From: Clostridium sp. CAG:609
GTDB lineage: Bacteria > Bacillota_I > Bacilli_A > RF39 > UBA660
Length of the DNA stretch: 64,000 bases
Assembly (NCBI GenBank): GCA_000438075.1
Contig: FR903546.1
Coordinates: 17,243-81,242 of the forward strand
Direction of reading: 5' to 3'
Shown here: in pieces, positions 39,152 to 48,907 of the stretch
Layout: each line of letters opens with the position of its first letter
How positions within the stretch are numbered: the stretch's first letter is position 1
The notes under the pieces: generated by a model
Told to the model about the DNA's origin: nothing
Database searches by the model: none
The model's input: only the letters and a program-made list of their open reading frames with translations
Translations under genes and position numbers: made by a program

Positions 39152-39309
39152 ATTTTCTATCCTCCTATCCTAAAATGTTTTACAAATCACAAAATTTACC
39201 TTGTCAATCTGCAAGCATATTAAAATCAATTGAATCTACATAAATATTTAGCATAAATTTAATTATTTTAAAATTCAAACAACAAAAGTGTTCGAATTTA
39301 TTATCAATC

Positions 39310-39386
39310 TGGTGGCCTCGGTGAGAATCGAACTCACACTCTAACCCTTAGGAGGGGCTTGTTTTATCCTATTAAACTACGAGGTC
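39310..39386 (-). tRNA. tRNA-Arg (anticodon CCU), 77 nt with encoded CCA
   Basis: Reverse complement folds as acceptor GACCUCG/CGAGGCC (one A-C mismatch), D-loop AAUAGGAUA, anticodon stem AGCCC/GGGUU with loop CU-CCU-AA, T-loop UUCGAUU, 3' ACCA. Confidence 0.7.
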
Positions 39387-39520
39387 ACACCATAATATTA
39401 ACACAAAAATAATAAATTAACAATAGATTTTTACAAATAGAAAAATTCTAAATAATTTACCATTCATGGTTAATAAAATATATTACATAATTGATACAAT
39501 TACCCATTGGAGGTTAACAT

Positions 39521-39759
39521 ATGAAAGCTAATGAAGCTATATCAATTAAACTAATAAATATATGTAAGAAAGAAATATATCTATAAATAAATTAGCATCC
39601 CTAAGTTTTTTTACTCAAAGTACCATAGAAAATATTGTTAATTGTAATTCTAAAAATCCCAAGTTACTTACAATTGTAAGAATTTGTGATGGATTAGGTA
39701 TTACTTTAAAAGAATTCTTTTCAGATGATTTATTCCTTAACCTAGATAAAGAGGACTAA
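39521..39759 (+). pseudogene. Frameshifted XRE-family HTH regulator gene (MKANEAISIKLINICK... / ...NISINKLASLSFFTQSTIENIVNCNSKNPKLLTIVRICDGLGITLKEFFSDD...)
   Basis: Two overlapping frames, each carrying half of a Cro/C1-type HTH; frame break in the A-rich run at about 39565-39590. Confidence 0.6.
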
Positions 39760-39851
39760 TTTTTCTCCTTTTTTATTTTATAAATTAATCGTGTATGGTT
39801 GACTTTTGAAATTCTCTGCGATATACTTTTCCTATACTAGGAGAGATAAAA

Positions 39852-41381
39852 ATGAAAGACAAAAAAGCAAAAATATTTAGTGCTATTGCACTATTAGCAC
39901 TAGCACTTTTAGTAGTCGGAGCAACATATGCATATTTTCAAAACCAATATGGTTCTGCATCTAATACAGATATTAAAGTTACAACATACACAACAGATGT
40001 ATTAACTTTTGAAACAGGGGATGCTATAAATATCTCTGCGGATCAAGAAACATTCGCACAAGGAAAAGGTAATAGAACTGGTTCAACATTTGCTAGAGCT
40101 ACCCTTCAAGCAAATAACAAAACTAATACTGCAACTGCAAATTATTACATGTATTTAAATATAGAAAATAATACATTTACATACACTAACACTGGTACAC
40201 CAGAGTTAATATTGCAAGTTGTAGACAAGACATCTGGTAACCAAGTAACTAGTATTACAGGTTTAGATTATGTAACAGTAACAGATGGCAAAAATACTTC
40301 AATATCAGGATTTGATATAACAACCAAAAAGGGATTAATAGCATTATTTTCAAATAAAGTAATAAGTGCTTCACCTAAAACTATTGAAGAATACACAGTT
40401 ACAATAACATTAGTTAATCATAATTTTGATCAAAATAATAATACTGGTAAAAATTTAAGTGGAAAATTAATAATTCAAAAAGATGAATATAAAGTATCTT
40501 TAGCAGATTATGTAATAAGTCAATATACCGGGAAACAAGGAGAAAATAATATTTATTATCATGATTCAAATTTAGAGAATGGAGCAGGAGATAATTCATA
40601 TAGATATGCAGGAGCAAATCCAAATAATTATGTATGTTTTGGTTCAGATGAAGCCACATGTCCACATGAAAATCTATACAGAATAATAGGTTTAATAGAT
40701 GGAAAAATAAAATTAATATCAGCAGATGTAGCAACAACAGATATGCTTGGCACAGATGGCGGATATTACAACACAACATCAGGAGCAGGATGGAATTCAT
40801 CACATTATAAAGAAAGTGGAGACTTTACAAAAATTGGTCTTTACAAATGGAACTCAACCAGCACAAATACATGGAGTACAAGTTTATTTAATAAAATAAA
40901 TTTAAATACAAATTATTTAAATAATATAGGTACAACATGGTCAAATTTAATTGAGGATACTACATGGAAAGTAAGTGGACATACAACAGATATTGTAACG
41001 CCAAAAGCAATGTTTACTGCAGAAATAACAAATGCAACAAAAACTTATGGATCAGAAAATGGTACATCAAAAATAGGATTAATGTACGTAAGTGATTATG
41101 GATTTGCGGCAGCCCCGAGTGCATGGACAACCCCATTTTATAAATATAATAGTTCAGCAATCAAATCAGTCAATTGGATGTATATGGGACTGGATGAATG
41201 GACAATTACGCCTAATTCTTTGAACAGCAGCAGTATGTTCACTTTTAATAGCAGCGGCAACCTGGCTTACGCCAGCGTGGGCAATGGGTATGTTGTCCGT
41301 CCAGTCTTGTATCTAAAAGCTTCTATAGCCTATGCTGGAGGATCTGGAACTAAAGATTCGCCAATAACTTTGGAAGTATGA
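39852..41381 (+). CDS. Large secreted protein with SipW-cognate (TasA/camelysin-class) N-terminal signal and TasA-like N-domain
   Basis: MKDKKAKIFSAIALLALALLVVGATYAYFQN followed by ...TFETGDAINISAD (compare TasA ...GGGTWAAFND...TFASGTLDLSA); 509 aa; Thr/Asn/Ser-rich. Confidence 0.6.
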   Translation: MKDKKAKIFSAIALLALALLVVGATYAYFQNQYGSASNTDIKVTTYTTDVLTFETGDAINISADQETFAQGKGNRTGSTFARATLQANNKTNTATANYYMYLNIENNTFTYTNTGTPELILQVVDKTSGNQVTSITGLDYVTVTDGKNTSISGFDITTKKGLIALFSNKVISASPKTIEEYTVTITLVNHNFDQNNNTGKNLSGKLIIQKDEYKVSLADYVISQYTGKQGENNIYYHDSNLENGAGDNSYRYAGANPNNYVCFGSDEATCPHENLYRIIGLIDGKIKLISADVATTDMLGTDGGYYNTTSGAGWNSSHYKESGDFTKIGLYKWNSTSTNTWSTSLFNKINLNTNYLNNIGTTWSNLIEDTTWKVSGHTTDIVTPKAMFTAEITNATKTYGSENGTSKIGLMYVSDYGFAAAPSAWTTPFYKYNSSAIKSVNWMYMGLDEWTITPNSLNSSSMFTFNSSGNLAYASVGNGYVVRPVLYLKASIAYAGGSGTKDSPITLEV

Positions 41382-41605
41382 TAACCTTTGGTTAGTGCGG
41401 CTGGCGGGAGTATCCGCCCCGCGCCGCCGATGCTAAGTTATCAACATACTTATATCACTCCTTGTCTATTTTGAGATAATATTAGTATATCAAAAATACA
41501 AAAACTGACAGAAAATTATCAACTTTTAACATTGACATTTCTATCAGTTTTTATAATAACATTTATAAAACTGTCGGTAGGTGAGAAAAATTTGCTTATG
41601 GCAAA

Positions 41606-42892
41606 CTAAATATATTTTTTTAAATACTTAAAATTAAAGAATACTACAAAGAATATATTAATTATTTCTGCTATAACTAAACTATATATACCTATATGAC
41701 AAAGTGATAAAATAGCCATGATAAAAAGTTTAATAATAACACCATACAAGGTTATATTCATTGTAACTTTGGCATATCCTAAAGCCTGAAGACTTGATGT
41801 TAAAACTCCTTCTAGGTAAAACAATACAAAAAATGGTGCTAATACTTTTATATAATCACTACCTTTGGTAGTGTTATATAAAGAAAATAATAATTTATCT
41901 CTGAATATAAAAATCAATAATGAGAAGAATATACCAATTATTAATGAAAAAATAATACTCTGGTGTATTCTTCTTTTTACCATCTTTAAATTATTATTAC
42001 CATTAAATTTACTAATCTCTGGTAAAAGTGATGTAGCAATAGCTCCGATAAAAAAACTAGGCATAGTTAAAAGTGCAAGTGAATATGCATTATATGCTCC
42101 ATATTCACTTAAAATATAGCTATTGTTATAACCACTAAACAAAAGTAAATTAGTTAAAATAATTGGTTCAAAAAAATATCCAATATTACCTATAATTCTT
42201 CCAGATACCGTAGGTATTGATATATCTAATATATCTTTAGTTATTTTTTTACTGGGAAGTATTTTAGTGTTAAAATTAATTTTCTTTGGTAAGAAAAATA
42301 AAAATACAATAATTGAACTAATCTCAGAGATAATTGTAAGAAGAATTAAACCAAGTATTGCAAGCATATCACTTTTCCTCTTTAAAATAGGAAGCACCAC
42401 TAATATAATGATTAATCTAACAATTTGTTCAATGATATTACTTGTTGCATGTGGTACCATATTTTGTTTACCAGCAAAATACCCTTTTAAAACACTAGAA
42501 ATAGAAACAAAAGGTAAAGTAAGGGCAAAAGCCATAATAATTGGACTTGCCTTAGGTTCCTTCAAAAGATTAACTGCTAAAAAATCTTTTGTTAAAAAAA
42601 TAACAAATACTAAAACAAGATTAATGCTTATAATTAAAAATGCTGCACTAGTAAGTATTCTTATAGATCTGCCTTTATTTTCTGAAACAAGCTTAGATAT
42701 AGAAATAGGTATAGCAAGTGTTGCAATAGTAAGTAATAAAGAATATGTTGGAACAGCTATTGAATATAAACTAATTCCATATTCTCCAATAATTCTAGTG
42801 TAAATAACTTTTATAATAAATCCAAGTATTTTAGTAAGAAAACCACTTAAAATTAGTATTAATGTGGATTTAATAAATAGATTTTTTTTCAT
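41606..42892 (-). CDS. MOP-superfamily flippase (SpoVB / polysaccharide-biosynthesis Wzx-like)
   Basis: 428 aa; 12-14 TM; N-terminus FLTKILGFIIKVIYTRIIGEYGISLYSIAVPTYSLLLTIA is typical of SpoVB/MurJ-like proteins. Confidence 0.65.
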   Translation of the reverse strand: MKKNLFIKSTLILILSGFLTKILGFIIKVIYTRIIGEYGISLYSIAVPTYSLLLTIATLAIPISISKLVSENKGRSIRILTSAAFLIISINLVLVFVIFLTKDFLAVNLLKEPKASPIIMAFALTLPFVSISSVLKGYFAGKQNMVPHATSNIIEQIVRLIIILVVLPILKRKSDMLAILGLILLTIISEISSIIVFLFFLPKKINFNTKILPSKKITKDILDISIPTVSGRIIGNIGYFFEPIILTNLLLFSGYNNSYILSEYGAYNAYSLALLTMPSFFIGAIATSLLPEISKFNGNNNLKMVKRRIHQSIIFSLIIGIFFSLLIFIFRDKLLFSLYNTTKGSDYIKVLAPFFVLFYLEGVLTSSLQALGYAKVTMNITLYGVIIKLFIMAILSLCHIGIYSLVIAEIINIFFVVFFNFKYLKKYI

Positions 42893-42953
42893 TACTTGTT
42901 ATTTCTCCTTTAAATAAAGCCCATTTTGTTATATAATAAATATATGTTGGAAG

Positions 42954-45089
42954 GTGATTATTTTGTCCAAATCTATAACATTTGAAGATTTAAAACCATA
43001 TTTAGAACATCGTTCTTCATATGAAGAAATAAAAAAAGCATACGAATATGCTAAAAAAGAACATGCTGGTATGAAAAGACTTACTGGTGATGATTTTATA
43101 ACTCATCCTTTGGAAGTAACTAAAATATTACTGGATTTAAATGTCGATGATACTACTATTATTGCTTCTCTTTTGCATGAAGTAATAAACAATGGCAATA
43201 AAACTTATGAAGATATCGAAGAAGATTTTGGTGAAGAAGTAGCTAAGATTGTTTTAAGTGTGTCTAAAATTAATAAACTAGAACTACCTGATAATAATGA
43301 ATCAAGTGTAATTTATTTAAGAAAGATTCTAGTAGGTCTTGCTGAAGATGTCCGAGTACTTTACATAAAACTTGCAGATAGACTTCATAACATGAGAACA
43401 AACTGGGCAATAAACCCTTTAAAACAAAAACAAAAAGCTGAAGAAACAATGTCTGTTCTAGTGCCAATTGCTCATCGTCTAGGTATTAATTCAATCAAAA
43501 GTGAATTAGAAAACTTATCCCTTTATTATTTGAAACCAGATGTATATAATGATATCTTAGAAAAATTAAATGACACAGTTGATGAATTAAATGACTATCT
43601 TGAAGAAATGAAAGAAAGTATTATTGAACTATTAACTGAAGCAGGTATTAAATTTGAAATAAAAGGGCGTGTTAAAAGTGTCTATAGTATTTATAATAAA
43701 TTATCTAATGGAAAAGAATGGAGCAAAATATATGATATTTTAGCACTTCGTATATTTGTTGATGAAGAAAGTGAATGTTATCAAGTAATTGGTTTAATTC
43801 ATTCAAGATTTAGACCAATGCCAAAAAGATTCAAAGACTATATTGCAAGTCCAAAAGAAAATATGTATCAATCTTTGCATACCACAGTATTCGGTGTTGA
43901 AGGACATGTATTTGAAATTCAAGTAAGAACTTATGAAATGGATGAAATTGCTGAAAAAGGTCTAGCATCCCACTGGTCATATAAAGAAAAAGGTACAAAA
44001 AAGATTCAAAACATGATGGAACAAAAACTAGAAATGTTTAGAAATGTAATTGAATCAAGCCACAATGATACTGATGCCGATTTTGAAAGTGCTATAAATA
44101 GTGATATTTTTAGTGAATTTATTTATACGTATACACCAAAAGGTGATGTTGTTGAATTACCAGTTGGTTCAACTCCAATAGATTTTGCCTATAGAATTCA
44201 TTCTCATGTCGGTGATACAACAATCGGTGCCATTGTAAATGATCAAATAGTGCCACTTTCATATGAACTAAAAAATGATGATGTTGTGAGTATTAAAACA
44301 AATAACAATAGTACTCCAAATAAAGATTGGTTAAATATTGTTAAAACCCAACAAGCAAAAAATAAAATAAAAGCATTCTTTAGTAAACAAGATAAAGAAG
44401 AATATATCACCAAGGGTAAGAATATCTTAGAAGCAGAAATAAGAAAAAGAAAGTTATCATTTAATGATGTTTTAAATAATGATACAATTGCAAAAATTAC
44501 TAAAGACTTAAAACTAAGAGACTTAGATGATATCTATTTAAGTGTAGGTTCCCTAAGATTTACTGCAGGTTACATCATTAACTTAACAAAAGAAGATAAA
44601 CATGATGTTGAAGATGCTTTATTTGAAAGAAAGATTATAACACCAAAGATAAATTATAAAAGTGATATTCTAGTGGAAGGTACTCCGAATATCATGGTAA
44701 ACATTGCAAAGTGTTGTATGCCAATAAAAGGTGATGACATCATTGGTTATATTACTAAAGACAAAGGTATAAGCATTCATAAAAAAACTTGTCAAAATAT
44801 ACCTTTAAATAAAGAAAGAATTGTTAATGTTTCATGGAATCTTTCATCAACTAATTACTATTACACCAATATTTATGTAACAGTAAATGATGAAACAGAA
44901 AATCTAGTTAATATCATAACAGAAATAGGTAAAAAAGGTTCTTTAGTAAAATCATGTAATACTAAAGAAATAGATAACAAAACAGTACATATTTTAAATA
45001 TAAGAATTAAAGATAAAGATGAGTTAGAAAGCATTATGAAAAGTATTAGAAAGATTCATAATGTAACAAGTGTTAAGGAGGAATTATGA
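42954..45089 (+). CDS. relA: (p)ppGpp synthetase of the Rel/RelA family; hydrolase motifs degenerate (HD->HE, ED->NG)
   Basis: 711 aa; synthetase motifs RVKSVYSIYNK, DILALRI and EIQVRT intact; TGS and ACT C-terminal domains; N-terminal ...HPLEV...LLHEVINNG instead of LLHDVVEDT. Confidence 0.8.
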   Translation: MIILSKSITFEDLKPYLEHRSSYEEIKKAYEYAKKEHAGMKRLTGDDFITHPLEVTKILLDLNVDDTTIIASLLHEVINNGNKTYEDIEEDFGEEVAKIVLSVSKINKLELPDNNESSVIYLRKILVGLAEDVRVLYIKLADRLHNMRTNWAINPLKQKQKAEETMSVLVPIAHRLGINSIKSELENLSLYYLKPDVYNDILEKLNDTVDELNDYLEEMKESIIELLTEAGIKFEIKGRVKSVYSIYNKLSNGKEWSKIYDILALRIFVDEESECYQVIGLIHSRFRPMPKRFKDYIASPKENMYQSLHTTVFGVEGHVFEIQVRTYEMDEIAEKGLASHWSYKEKGTKKIQNMMEQKLEMFRNVIESSHNDTDADFESAINSDIFSEFIYTYTPKGDVVELPVGSTPIDFAYRIHSHVGDTTIGAIVNDQIVPLSYELKNDDVVSIKTNNNSTPNKDWLNIVKTQQAKNKIKAFFSKQDKEEYITKGKNILEAEIRKRKLSFNDVLNNDTIAKITKDLKLRDLDDIYLSVGSLRFTAGYIINLTKEDKHDVEDALFERKIITPKINYKSDILVEGTPNIMVNIAKCCMPIKGDDIIGYITKDKGISIHKKTCQNIPLNKERIVNVSWNLSSTNYYYTNIYVTVNDETENLVNIITEIGKKGSLVKSCNTKEIDNKTVHILNIRIKDKDELESIMKSIRKIHNVTSVKEEL

Positions 45090-45520
45090 AAGTAGTAGCT
45101 CAAAGAAGTAAATATAGTAAAGTTTGTGTAGATAAAAAAATAGTAAATGAAATAAATAGTGGTTTAGTATTACTTGTTTCATTTACTCAAACTGATACAA
45201 TAGATAATGTATTAAAGATGGTTAAAAAGATAGCTAATTTAAGAATCTTTGATGATGAAAATGGCATTATGAATAAATCAATTCTAGATGTCGGGGGAGA
45301 AATTCTATCAATTTCTCAATTTACGTTATATGCCGATACAACCAAAGGAAATCGTCCATCATATTTTAAAGCCTTAAATGGGGAAGAAGCTATTAAGTTA
45401 TATGAAAAATTTAATGAAGAAATGAATAAATTAGTTGTAACAAAACCAGGTATCTTCGGAGCAGAAATGGAAGTATCAATCACCAATGATGGACCAATAA
45501 CAATCATCATGGAGTTCTAA
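45086..45520 (+). CDS. dtd: D-aminoacyl-tRNA deacylase
   Basis: 144 aa; SQFTL motif (ISQFTLYADT); conserved relA-dtd linkage. Confidence 0.85.
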   Translation: MKVVAQRSKYSKVCVDKKIVNEINSGLVLLVSFTQTDTIDNVLKMVKKIANLRIFDDENGIMNKSILDVGGEILSISQFTLYADTTKGNRPSYFKALNGEEAIKLYEKFNEEMNKLVVTKPGIFGAEMEVSITNDGPITIIMEF

Positions 45521-45912
45521 TGAAAAAACTCTTTAGTAAGTATCAAACTATCATAACTTATATTTTATTTTCAAGTTTATCTTTTATCGTAGATATCGTA
45601 TCTTTTTCTAGTATACTTTTCTTTTTAAAAGATAAGATAATGATTAGTTCATATTTAGCACGTACTATATCAAGTATATTTAATTATATTGTTAATAAAA
45701 ATATAGTATTTAAAAATAATGAAAAGAAAAATCTAAAATCTATGATTATGTACTTTCTTTTAGTTATAGTAAATATAACTATATCAGGTACATTAGTTAA
45801 AAAGATATATTTCTTTATTCATTATAATGCAACATTTATAAAGATAGTAATAGATAGTTTAATATTTATAATAAATTATTTTTTACAAAAATATGTTATA
45901 TTTAAGAAGTAA
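45520..45912 (+). CDS. GtrA-family membrane protein
   Basis: 130 aa; four TM; GtrA-like. Confidence 0.55.
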   Translation: MKKLFSKYQTIITYILFSSLSFIVDIVSFSSILFFLKDKIMISSYLARTISSIFNYIVNKNIVFKNNEKKNLKSMIMYFLLVIVNITISGTLVKKIYFFIHYNATFIKIVIDSLIFIINYFLQKYVIFKK

Positions 45913-45996
45913 GATTACAACAGAGTAATCTTTTTTTCTTGTTAATTTATGCATAATATGTTATTATGGTAAGTGCTTACCAAAAGGAGATATATC

Positions 45997-46362
45997 ATGA
46001 TTTTTAAAGAAACACAAGAAGAAGGTTTTGATTTAATATCATTTTATAATAGACTTAATAATATATTATATAGTTATATAAATGATTATGTGTATAATGA
46101 AGATATAGATATCTATTATAAAATGATATTAAATATAATAAATAACTTTAACTATGAATATGTTACTAATCAACAAGACTTATATAATAAATATAATAAA
46201 GCACTACATAATATGATGTATATATATTGTATATTAAAAACAAATTATTTAAAAGAACACAATATAGATTCTTATCCATATATTAATTTTAATACTTCAT
46301 TAACAGTGTTTTATAATCAATTAAAAATCTTAGATAAATCATACCAAAGAAAAACAAATTAG
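45997..46362 (+). CDS. Hypothetical Tyr/Asn-rich protein
   Basis: ATG at 45997 with AAAGGAG RBS; no domain recognised. Confidence 0.35.
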   Translation: MIFKETQEEGFDLISFYNRLNNILYSYINDYVYNEDIDIYYKMILNIINNFNYEYVTNQQDLYNKYNKALHNMMYIYCILKTNYLKEHNIDSYPYINFNTSLTVFYNQLKILDKSYQRKTN

Positions 46363-46541
46363 TTTAATTAATGGTATATTTTTTTGATAGATAAATATAG
46401 TCTAATAAATATAAAAATAGCATCAGGAATTGGAACAATTGATAATCCTTATATAATACTTTTAACAAATTAAATTAACCAATAATTGGCTTTTTAAAAG
46501 CTTAAATATTAATCATACTATAAGTAGATAGGTGATAACAC

Positions 46542-47513
46542 ATGAAAAAATTAAAAATACTATTAATAAGTTTTTTACTTATGCCAATTAATGTTTATGC
46601 TTATTCAGATTATATTATCCCTGGCGGAGAAACTCTAGGTATAGAGATAAACTCTGATGGAATAATGGTAATTGGTTTTTATGAAATAAATGGTAAATTA
46701 AATAAAGGTACACCCCAGATTAAAGTCGGTGACTACATAACTAAAGTAAATGATATAAATGTTTCTTCAATTGATGAATTAACTAAAGTAATCGAAGAAA
46801 ACATTAAAGATAAAGAAGTTAATCTTGAAGTAAAAAGAAATGGCAAAATAAAAAATATAAAACTAGATTTAGTAAAAGACAAAGATATTTATAAAACTGG
46901 TTTATATGTAAAATCAAGTATCACAGGTATTGGAACACTTTCTTATATAGACCCTGAAACTAAAATATACGGAGCACTAGGTCATGAAATAATTGAATCA
47001 AATACAAATAGTATTGTTGAAATAAAATCTGGTGAAATATTTAGAAATTATATAACAAGTATAGATAAAAGTAAAACAGGTTATGCTGGAAGTAAAAATG
47101 CTAAGTTTTATTATAATGAAAAATATGGAAATATTACTAAAAATACTAATGTAGGTATATATGGTATTTATGAAAGAACACTTCCAGATAAAGGGTTATT
47201 AAAAGTTGGTGAGTCTTCTGATATAAAAATAGGTGATGCTAAAATAGCAACTGTATTAAAAGGTGAAGAGGTTGAATATTTTGATATTAAAATAACAAAG
47301 GTGGATGAATACTCTAAAACAAAAAATATAACATTTGTTATAAAAGATGATGCTTTACTCAGAATTACTGGTGGTATTGTTCAAGGAATGAGTGGTTCAC
47401 CGATTATTCAAGATGATAAAATAATAGGTACAGTTACTCATGTAGTAATAGATAATCCCATCAGTGGTTATGGTATTTTTATAACAACTATGTTAAAAGA
47501 AGGAGAAAAGTAA
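46542..47513 (+). CDS. spoIVB: SpoIVB peptidase (S55; PDZ + serine protease)
   Basis: Signal/anchor; IPGGETLGI start of the mature region; PDZ (KVGDYITKVND); catalytic GMSGSPII. Confidence 0.8.
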   Translation: MKKLKILLISFLLMPINVYAYSDYIIPGGETLGIEINSDGIMVIGFYEINGKLNKGTPQIKVGDYITKVNDINVSSIDELTKVIEENIKDKEVNLEVKRNGKIKNIKLDLVKDKDIYKTGLYVKSSITGIGTLSYIDPETKIYGALGHEIIESNTNSIVEIKSGEIFRNYITSIDKSKTGYAGSKNAKFYYNEKYGNITKNTNVGIYGIYERTLPDKGLLKVGESSDIKIGDAKIATVLKGEEVEYFDIKITKVDEYSKTKNITFVIKDDALLRITGGIVQGMSGSPIIQDDKIIGTVTHVVIDNPISGYGIFITTMLKEGEK

Positions 47514-47568
47514 TATTTTCTCTTTTTAAAATATAAATTTCATGTTATATTTATGTTGGTGGTAATTT

Positions 47569-48375
47569 ATGTTAAGTATTAAAGAAAAACCAAATGTATA
47601 TCGAAAAATTTATGAACTATCAAATATCAATTTAGTACCAAAAGAAGAATATAGGGATACACTTATTAATAATGTATTAGTTAGAATATTTAATGAAAAA
47701 TCTAAAAGAATACTTGTCTATATCCATGGTGGTGGTTTTGTAATAGGTAGCATTAATACTCATTCAAATATATGTAAAAGATTAGCTGATGAATTAAATT
47801 ATCAAGTTATATCTATTGAATATAGTTTAGCTCCGGAAAAGAAATTTCCATATCAAATAAATGAAATTGAAGGTGTTTGTAAACACTTATTAAAACAATA
47901 TAAAACTATATCCATAATGGGGGATTCAGCTGGTGCTAATCTTGCTTTTGCAAGTATTAGAAATATAAAAAAATATATTGATAATTTAATTATGGTATAT
48001 CCTTGTACTCAGACAGATTATACATCTAATACTAAATTTAAATCAGTTATTAAAAATAGTGGTAAAAGCATTTTAACAAAAGAATCATTGAGAGATTATA
48101 TGTCACTTTATTTAAGTAAACCAAAAGATTATAATAATAAGTTCGTAAATCTATTAAAAAATAATTGGTTATTTAATTATCCAAAAACTATAATCATAAC
48201 AGGTACTCAAGATCCATTACATGATGAAGGAGTTGAGTTAAAAAATAAATTAGAAAGATTTAGTGTTTATGTAAATCACTTAGATATAGAGAATGCTAAA
48301 CATGGATTTTTAACTAGTATTATAGATCAAAAGTATACTGATAATACAATTGAATTTTTAAAAAAATACTTGTAA
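47569..48375 (+). CDS. Alpha/beta-hydrolase esterase (HSL family)
   Basis: HGGGF oxyanion motif; nucleophile GDSAG; C-terminal D/H. Confidence 0.7.
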   Translation: MLSIKEKPNVYRKIYELSNINLVPKEEYRDTLINNVLVRIFNEKSKRILVYIHGGGFVIGSINTHSNICKRLADELNYQVISIEYSLAPEKKFPYQINEIEGVCKHLLKQYKTISIMGDSAGANLAFASIRNIKKYIDNLIMVYPCTQTDYTSNTKFKSVIKNSGKSILTKESLRDYMSLYLSKPKDYNNKFVNLLKNNWLFNYPKTIIITGTQDPLHDEGVELKNKLERFSVYVNHLDIENAKHGFLTSIIDQKYTDNTIEFLKKYL

Positions 48376-48420
48376 GAATAACTCTATTTTGATATACTTT
48401 AAATAGAAAGAAGGTAAACA

Positions 48421-48894
48421 ATGGATATAAGTTTTAAAATTGAAAATGAAGTATTTAATGTAAGAACTTCAGCATTTATTAGACATAATGATGAAGTACT
48501 TGTTTGTGTTCACAAAGATAAGGATTATTGTAGCTTACCAGGTGGAAGAGTAAAATTAAATGAATCAAGTAGCAAAGCATTAGTGCGAGAACTAAAAGAA
48601 GAATTAAATTATGATATTAGACAAGAAGAATTAAAAATAGTAAGAATTGTAGAAAATTTCTTTACTTATAAAGATGGCAGAGTATTTCATGAATACTTAT
48701 TTATCTATGAACTTGCTATAGATGATTCAATCTATAATGGAGACTTTAAAAACTTAGAAAATGAAAATATTACAATGAACTGGATGAAGGAAGAAGCATT
48801 TATTTTATATAATGTTAAACCAGGTATTTGTAAAGGAATTGTTGCAGATAATTCACTAAAACATATTATATTAAATGAAAAAGCCAACGATTAA
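48421..48894 (+). CDS. NUDIX hydrolase
   Basis: Nudix box GGRVKLNESSSKALVRELKEELNY. Confidence 0.7.
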   Translation: MDISFKIENEVFNVRTSAFIRHNDEVLVCVHKDKDYCSLPGGRVKLNESSSKALVRELKEELNYDIRQEELKIVRIVENFFTYKDGRVFHEYLFIYELAIDDSIYNGDFKNLENENITMNWMKEEAFILYNVKPGICKGIVADNSLKHIILNEKAND

Positions 48895-48907
48895 CGTTGG
48901 TTTTATT

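Noticed and set aside
39310-39393. Initial reading of the tRNA as an ~85 nt type-II (Leu/Ser) tRNA
   Set aside because: Exact reverse-complementation gives a 77 nt molecule with a 5 nt variable loop and anticodon CCU (Arg). The extra 5' bases do not pair with the acceptor 3' strand.
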